From Candidatus Poribacteria bacterium (GTDB lineage Bacteria; Poribacteria; WGA-4E; JAJDTR01), in NCBI GenBank assembly GCA_965222225.1, contig CBDCTK010000002.1, positions 2,816,001-2,880,000 on the forward strand: 64,000 nt of DNA. Reading direction: 5' to 3'. How positions within the stretch are numbered: the first letter of the stretch is position 1; every line of letters begins with the position of its first letter. This document shows, one piece after another, positions 59,068 through 64,000 of this stretch. The position numbers and the translations under genes were made by a program. Below the pieces are notes generated by a model. The model had not been told where the DNA came from. It worked only from the letters and a program-made list of their open reading frames with translations, and ran no database searches.

Positions 59068-61210
59068 CTACTTTCCATCAATGCGAAGAATCAATGGATA
59101 ATCCCGTATCAATAGATTCGGAATAACCAAATTGCCGTGCTTGCGGTGCGACTGAAGGGGCTGTTGAAGTCCGTTTAGGCTATCTATACCTGTGACGCTA
59201 TCGGGAGAGAGGCCCTCAAGGGTTAGCGTGGTATTCACACCGGGATGATAATCGGCTGCCGCGGTGTCAATCCATAATGCCACCAATCGGCTTCCGTCGG
59301 GCAGGACGAAGCTACAACTTTCCAGTTCCTCGGATTGACTATCTATTTGGATTTTCCAAGGGATTGGCTCGGCGCCTGCCATGACCGTGCATAGAGTACC
59401 TCGGGAGCAACTGAACGACGCTCGGCATGAGGATTTGATTGCTTACCATTTTGAAGCCTAGGCTACGGTGCATGAGGATTGCCCTCGCGGCATACTTGGC
59501 GGCTTCAATGTCCGTGTAATGTGGTGATTCGTGTGGAACGAAGTCTTGATGGGTGTGCCAGACCATCTCCTCAACCATATATTCACCTTCAAAACCCAAG
59601 CCGAATGCCTCCTTCTCGAAGGCTTGTACAGAAGACGGATAATCCTGCCAATACGTGGTCCCCCTTGCTTGGTCGTTGAGCGGCGATTCTCCGTAGAAGG
59701 GGTGCCACGATACGGCGTCGACTAACCCTCCAGTCTCCGAACTCAGAACCCGCTTAAGCCAATCTCTTTCCCACTGATTGAATCGCCCCAGCGCCCCCAC
59801 GACAATTTTTGCGGTAGGATCGATGTCTTGAATAATCGGCGCGACTTGACTGACGACCTCCAGATAGTCGCTCAGCGCAATTGGTGCGCGTGGGTCGCCT
59901 CCCGGATTCTCAGTGGGTTCGTTCCAAATTTCATAGTATTTTACTCGACCGTTGAAGTGTTGAGCCATAAACCGTGCGTAGTCGGCAAACTGCTCCTGCT
60001 GCGCCGGCGTTTTGAACCACCATGCCGGCTCCTGTTGACCCAGTAATCCGTGTCCCGGGGTACCCCACCACCGATGCTCACTACCATCCAAACCGGCGCC
60101 TGCGCTCAGCGTAAGCACGATGTTAACCCCACGATCTGCGAGAGCAGTGATAAAGTTGTCACAGTCGGGAGGAATTCGATGGCCCCCCGGTGCAACGAGG
60201 ACTTCCTGCCAGTTGAGCGGGTTTGGCGACCAGAAGTTCGTTCGCACCCACTTGAGTCCGAGATCGTCAATATGGTGAAGGAGGTCGCGGTACACTCCGG
60301 TGCCGACTTCCCAGTTCCCAATGTCGCCTCCGATGCCGTTGTCCTCTAGTTGGCTTGATTTCTTGGGTTGAATCTTGGTCTGAGGATGGGTGTTCCCTTC
60401 TTGGAGAACGACATCTGCGAAATAATCTGGGCATGTGGGATAAAGAAATGACGTCGGTATCAGGTCGGTATTAGGCTTGGGGTGTTTCATTGCATGAAGA
60501 CCATGCTTGGCTGCGGCGTGTAATGTGCCTGGCTGCTCAAGTCGATATAGCGTTTGCACTTGGTTTGGGCTTAGTGCGCGATTGTAGATTCGAACCTCGT
60601 CAATGTCCCCCACCATTGCGTTGAGTCCAGTGTACCCGAGCCGAAGGGATGAGGCGATAACGTTCAATAGACCAGGCGTTTTGACGGTACTGACAAGGGC
60701 GCCATTGACATAAAATGCACCGATAGTCCCGTCTGTCGTAAAGGTGCCGACAATATGATGCCACACGCCTAGCTTCAGCGGTTCCGTCCCAGTAGATGTA
60801 CCGTGCCATTCCCCACCGGAAAAGAGATCCAATCGACCCCGTCCGCAAAGAAGATCGAGGTTAAACTGATCGGTAAAAACGAGCCGATTTTCGCCGTGGA
60901 GATTCACCGATTCCGGTCGAACCCAAGCGGAAACTGTCAGATCGCCCTTGATTTTCAGGTCTTCAGATAACCGGACAATAGCATGGCTGGTAATTGAGGG
61001 GAACCGAATGCCTCCGCCGAATCTACCTTCAGCCCGTTCTGCCGATAGAAGTAGTCCGTCGTGCCCATTGCCGCTGGCATCCTCAAAAACGTGACCGCTA
61101 CCCTCGAACGGATAATAGGCGATAAGTCCATCGTTCGGCTCTGCGAAGGTGGGCAGTACCAAGATAAACCACAAGAACGCAAGGAGTATCATTTGTAGCC
61201 CCATCACCAA
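59068..61210 (-). CDS. LamG domain fused to a clan-A (GH39/GH5-like) glycoside hydrolase; frameshift near 59395
   Basis: N-terminal LamG, then LGLKWVR, YYEIWNEP, AVSWHP and VEE. The C-terminal domain continues as TLCTVMAGAEP (ORF 59068-59382). Confidence 0.8.
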
Positions 61211-61217
61211 ACCTAGA

Positions 61218-62956
61218 TTAAACTACGACAATCTTAATCAATCCGTCTACGTTGATACAAAACCACTCCACAACGCTCAGCACGGCGGCAAGGAAAACGA
61301 GGTACACCCAAGGTGGGTATCGCAAGAGTGACGAACCGCTCAGCGTGACACTTTCTGTTAACAGGTTTTCAACTAACGTATTGACACCGATATGCGATTC
61401 CGGTTCGTCCGCGAGGTTGACCGCCCACATTTTTTCGTTATCACCAATTTTCAGCGTGTAAAAACCGGCAATCTCTGTCTGACCAAAGAGTATCTCACCT
61501 CGCTCGACAGCGGTTTCCCACGTCCGATCTCCAGGTCCGGTGATTGTCATGCTCGTAGGCAAATCCGTCCCATCGCCATCGGCTTTCCACGTCAACACCT
61601 CGCCGGTGTGTAGGTGATATTCCTCAATTCCCGAACTTCCTTGAAACCACTGAATTGTATTGGCAATAATCACTGGAAAGGCAATGCGCAGCGGGAGGTC
61701 AGATTGCAGAATGTCAATCGCCGCAAAGACAACCTTTCGGTTTGGCGTAACATCAACAAACAGCACGGGATCTTCAAATGAACGGGCTAACACCTCGGCC
61801 GTGGCTGGCGGCGTGACGTGGTACGCCTCGCCAATTTGCACGTTCTCCAAATGAACGTGACGCAGAATCGGGTGCGTCCGTTCCCAATCGGTGATAATTG
61901 GTGTTTCGAGTGGTGCCCCGATTTTCCAACTCGCCGGAGCGTCGCTGTTTTTGGGAGGATAGATGATCACATAATTCCCGTCGCCGAGCGTCGGCGGGTT
62001 GAATCGATCGAAGATGACGATGTGATACCCGGTCGCATTGGCATCATAGTCCTCCGGCGTAGTGACGCTGAGGTCCAGATTTTCGTCAACGGAGAGCGCT
62101 TTTTCGAGGAACGGATTCTCTTCGGTCACAAGCAAAACCGGGATATGTTCACGTTTGGGTAACGCGGCGTAGGCGACGTTGTCGGTGCGAAGTGCATCCG
62201 CGACATCCAAAACCGCCTTGAGTTGTCCGCCTTCAAAAGTAAAATTGCTGAAAATTTCGGATTTGCTTTCACCGGGCGCGAGCGTATAGGGTCGCACATC
62301 AAAGAGGTCTTCGTTGAAATAGAGTTCAACGTTGCACTTTTTCTCCTCTTCCGAAGCGTTGATAACGGTCAACAACGTTTGGTAATCGAACGCATTGACG
62401 AGACTCTTCCGTACGCGAAATTGAGTGATGCCAACATTGTCACTCGCCGCACCAACCTGAAGCAGATGAAGTTCGACCTCTTCACCCGGGTTTTGTAGCC
62501 GTGTCAACATGTCTTCGGAAACTGGCTGAAAATCGCTGAAGATGACGATTTCGGCGCTCGGCTTTGTTTGGGCAACGGCATACGCCAAATCCAGTGCGGG
62601 TTCAAGATTGGTGTTAATGTCGGTTGGCTGTATTGATTGAATTGCCTGTCGCAGTGACTTCTGGTGGTTGGTGAACGGACTATGGATTGTTGGCTTTGCA
62701 TGGCAACTAATCACCATCATTTCGTCCATGAATCGCAGTCCTTCTACCATTCGCAGGCCGCGCTGTTTGGCAGACTCCAACCGTGAGCTTGATGCGACAC
62801 GATTAGACTCTCGCTCTTCATCGGAAGACTCAAGAGCATTCATGCTTGCCGAATGGTCGATTATCAGGATGATACGCCGGGCGGCTTTGGTAATAAATGC
62901 AAACTGCGGTCGGGCGATCGCGAGCACCAAAAGTGTCAGAAATAGAAGCTGAAAGT
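61218..62956 (-). pseudogene. BatA/vWA-domain membrane protein, 5'-truncated
   Basis: FQLLFLTLLVLAIARP then IIDHSASM (MIDAS). A stop lies immediately upstream and no N-terminal BatA segment is visible. The C-terminal EWF(L)YQRRRID needs one extra T. Confidence 0.7.
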
Positions 62957-63283
62957 CTATGGCATTTGAAAAGAATGTTCCACTATATCAAGGACAGTGT
63001 CAGCGGAGCCGAAACGGTTAGGGGAACTCATGGATGTACAATTTGGAGGCTTACCGAAGGCTTTATCCGCCAGAATACACGAGACAGATGGTAGAGAATA
63101 AAACGCATGAATTCCAAAATGTCGCGGTGCAATATTCAAGCCTTTTGGGAATGCCATGAAGATATCAGGCTATGCAACCGTTCTCTATTTCCGCATCTTT
63201 TTTGCGTCAAGGTGTAAACGCGGGCTAACCAATTGACGTCATATGGCATCGAATCGAAAAGCACCCGAGGAAAATAGCGCCAC

Positions 63284-64000
63284 GTGAGACAGTTTTGCAC
63301 TGATTTTCTATTCGTATTATGCCTCTGCCCCTGTATTGCCTTTGGACAACAGTCTTCAAGCCAGTCCGGAGAAATCTACGGCACAGTCTATCAACAAACT
63401 CTTAAACCGCCTATCGAATCGGCACAGGTTCGCATCGTTGAAACTAATCAACGCGTGCTAACTAATGCGAATGGCGAGTTTCAGTTTCGTAGCCTGCCCC
63501 CCGGAAAATATACTCTCACCGCAAACGCTTCAGGGTATTCTCCTTCAACAGATGTCGTAGTTACCGTTACGTCGGCGGAAGCCGCCCGTGTTGAAATTTA
63601 TCTTGAGCCGGTTGTCGTCTCGCTTGACGAAGTAGAGGTGACGGCGGATCGTCCTTTGCCCTCGGTTGGCAGACAGAGTTTGGGCGGCACGGAGATTCAG
63701 CGCCTCCCCGGCACCGCAGGGGACGCCCTGCGCGCCCTGCAATCCTTGCCTGCCGTCGGTGTGGCAAACGATTTCAGCGGCGCCCTGTATATCCGCGGCG
63801 GCTCCGATGAAGATAATCTCTTTTACTTTGACCGGGTACCGATCGGTTACCCCTATCATTTCGGCGGAATCGTCTCGTCCCTCAGTTCGGAAATCATTGA
63901 GCGGATTGATGTCTACGCCGGCGGTTACGGCGCCGAATTTGGCGTCGATTCTCAAGCGGTTATCGACATCTATTCCCGGAACAAAAACACGGGCGGTTTC
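63284..64000 (+). CDS. TonB-dependent receptor (carboxypeptidase-regulatory-like domain + plug), runs off the window
   Basis: GTG start and signal peptide; TNANGEFQFRSLPPGKYTL, LDEVEVTA, DALRALQSLPAV, LYIRGG and IERIDVYAGGYGAEFG. Absent from the ORF track because it has no stop in the window. Confidence 0.9.
   Translation, partial: MRQFCTDFLFVLCLCPCIAFGQQSSSQSGEIYGTVYQQTLKPPIESAQVRIVETNQRVLTNANGEFQFRSLPPGKYTLTANASGYSPSTDVVVTVTSAEAARVEIYLEPVVVSLDEVEVTADRPLPSVGRQSLGGTEIQRLPGTAGDALRALQSLPAVGVANDFSGALYIRGGSDEDNLFYFDRVPIGYPYHFGGIVSSLSSEIIERIDVYAGGYGAEFGVDSQAVIDIYSRNKNTGGF

Overview
Bacterial chromosomal window, roughly 50-55% GC by eye. It is most likely from Candidatus Poribacteria, a sponge symbiont. 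This is an inference from the LamG proteins ending in a TTWG.IK tail, a secreted WD40 protein starting LPEGAK.R.GKG, an N.PN.FNPETWIPYQL C-terminal domain and repeated PhyH dioxygenases. In order it contains: the end of an extended SUF Fe-S operon (sufB tail, sufD, glutaredoxin, sufS, sufU, Rieske ferredoxin, DUF59, DUF971-rhodanese); two decayed surface-protein genes; an orphan modC; a duplicated UxaA-type dehydratase; CopA; carbohydrate and other catabolic genes; a lower-GC SNF2 helicase plus sacsin-like GHKL ATPase/HNH-like pair, each cut by one in-frame TAA (candidate defence module); acyl-CoA ligase/thiolase/DUF35 genes; a HEPN-like orphan; a ~16 kb minus-strand catabolic cluster ending in four tandem LamG genes; a 5'-truncated vWA gene; and the start of a TonB-dependent receptor. 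I recognised no rRNA, tRNA or CRISPR array. The most striking unannotated signal is in the intergenic DNA: a fixed-length ~35-nt element (consensus ATCAAGCGAGCGAATAGYGAGTGCGATAGAGATCC, about 12 full and several partial copies). It is inserted without target duplication, mostly at G^C, into GTAG-type REP palindromes and into copies of itself, and some of those REPs sit inside MITE-like elements. All family assignments come from motif recognition by eye, not database searches.
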